Assembly: GCF_036321535.1 (NCBI RefSeq)
Contig: NC_087436.1
Coordinates: 100,566,001-100,630,000 of the forward strand
Direction: 5' to 3'
Source: Camelus dromedarius
Lineage: Eukaryota
DNA: 64,000 nt
Made by a program: the position numbers and the translations under genes
Part shown: in pieces, positions 62,596-64,000 of the stretch
How the letters are laid out: every line of letters begins with the position of its first letter
Numbering within the stretch: position 1 is the stretch's first letter
Notes under the pieces: generated by a model
Told to the model about the DNA's origin: nothing
What the model saw: only the letters and a program-made list of their open reading frames with translations
Database searches by the model: none

Positions 62596-64000
62596 CAGAA
62601 CTGACCTGACCAATACAGTAGCCACTAGCCACATGTGGCCACTAAGCACCTTAAATGTGACTAGTGGAGCTAAGGAACTAAAAATTTAATGTAATTTAAT
62701 TAATTGTAATTAAAGTTAAACATTGCATCATTGTATAATATTTTTGATCACACACAATGTTGCTATTTTTGTTGGATTACATTTCACTTGAATTTTGTTA
62801 GATAGCATTGCTGTGAATTGTAGTGGCCATGTTCAATGCATGCATTGCTTCTAACGTTATAAATAAACTTATCGGCAGTCTAGTTGGTGTCAACAAATTA
62901 CTACAGTTCAATTGTTCTTTGATGCATAAATGTAACTTTGTAATATGTTTTAAAATGTTGTGAAACAGCATGTTCCATAGATACATATGTAAATAATAAT
63001 AATGAAATGGAAAGATTGATTTTTTTAAATTATAATTTCTTTTCAAATTGAAAAAAGTGTATGAATAAAATTTAAAATTTAAAACAAAGGCATAATAGTA
63101 TTGATGCAAAACACATGAACTTAAACTACCACTGCCATGCCAGTGATAAAAATCAAAAAGACCGGAAGACTGGCTGCAGATTTCATGATTAGTGCAACTG
63201 CACTTGGTTATGGCAGAATAAAATGGAAAAGCTTTCTGTTTGTTGGGTAAAATAGTATTAAAAATAATAAGGTATACAACAGGAACAGACCTTTTCAGCC
63301 AGAAAAGTAAATTTCTTAAGAAATCTCCTCTCAATAGTCAAAAAACTTGATAAAATTGATGACCTGAATTCAAAATTAAATATAAAAAATGTTAACATGA
63401 TCTGATCTTGTACTTTTCACAAACTATAATGCAGATGATTCTTACATAAAAAGAAAATTGTTTTTTGGAGTGATGGTAAAAAAAGAAATATTTCAATGTT
63501 GGTGATTTTTAAAGAAAATTGTGAAAAAGTTAAAGAAAATAGTTTACAAAAACTTTTAAAAATTCTATTAAGTCATCAAACAATTACCAGTTCAACACAA
63601 GACCTTTTGCTTAAACAATATCAAATATCGATTGATCCAAAATTTGATAAATTGTAATTATTTTTTCTTAGCTTTAGATGAGCCATTTTTAATACCAAAG
63701 GACTTTCACTTTTATGAAGAAATATCAATAGGGCCTATTAAGGAAACTCATGGAATAGATATTTTATATCTTTTACTTGTATACCTAATACTCTTACATT
63801 GGCCAGAGAAAAATTTCAGTAAGATGTGGAAAAATTTTCTATCATGATATGAGAAACCCCAAATATCTGAGAGATTGGTGTTTTCCACATTGCTTCACTC
63901 CTCTCTTTAATGCATATGGAAAACATGTGTGCTCACTGAACAGCCGCTGACTCTATGAAAACCGTCACAGGTTTACTGGTTAAAATTACTCCATGTATTT
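62596..64000 (+). mobile_element. hAT-Charlie autonomous-element fossil (MER3-type end, Charlie5/10-like) with dead transposase; runs off window
   Basis: MER3-like terminus ccaatacagtagccactagccacatgtggcc. ORF 63632-63847 (IQNLINCNYFFLALDE...KDFHFYEE) carries the hAT catalytic 'FSLALDE' region. Frameshifts and stops throughout. Confidence 0.85.

Noticed and set aside
62798..63334. Longest ORF (178 aa, minus strand)
   Set aside because: Antisense to the Charlie fossil, AT-rich composition, no recognisable domain.
63100..64000. Possible domesticated hAT transposase (ZBED/GTF2IRD2-like)
   Set aside because: Multiple stops, frameshifts and deletions, including right after the LALDE motif; a dead fossil.

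Overview
AT-rich eutherian (non-primate, non-rodent) genomic DNA, intergenic or deep-intronic. I cannot support any protein-coding exon, RNA gene or CRISPR array. The ORF track consists of L1 ORF2 remnants, hAT transposase remnants, microsatellite read-through and chance ORFs. Roughly half the window is decayed transposons: old L1M LINEs, L2, MIR, MaLR/ERVL/ERV1 solo LTRs, and the DNA transposons MER8, MER94, MER63, MER58 and a Charlie fossil. Two young L1 3' ends resemble camelid L1s, and I see no Alu, B1, CHR/Bov, PRE-1, Can-SINE or ERE copies, so a camelid host is inferred. Repeat family names come from recalled consensus sequences and need RepeatMasker confirmation. The most notable non-TE structure is a ~290-bp, ~92%-identical long inverted repeat (49411-49699 / 51266-51557) around a 1.57-kb spacer, with a strong outer-to-inner identity gradient. 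Second is a CpG-retaining, MYB/RFX/CRE-motif-rich candidate germline promoter at ~57.0-58.0 kb inside a TE-poor block. Third is a further CpG/CRE/ETS candidate element at ~8 kb. There are also several clear retrotransposition or mutation footprints: two twin-priming inversions, a nested L1 with a double A-tail, and a template-switch-like hairpin.
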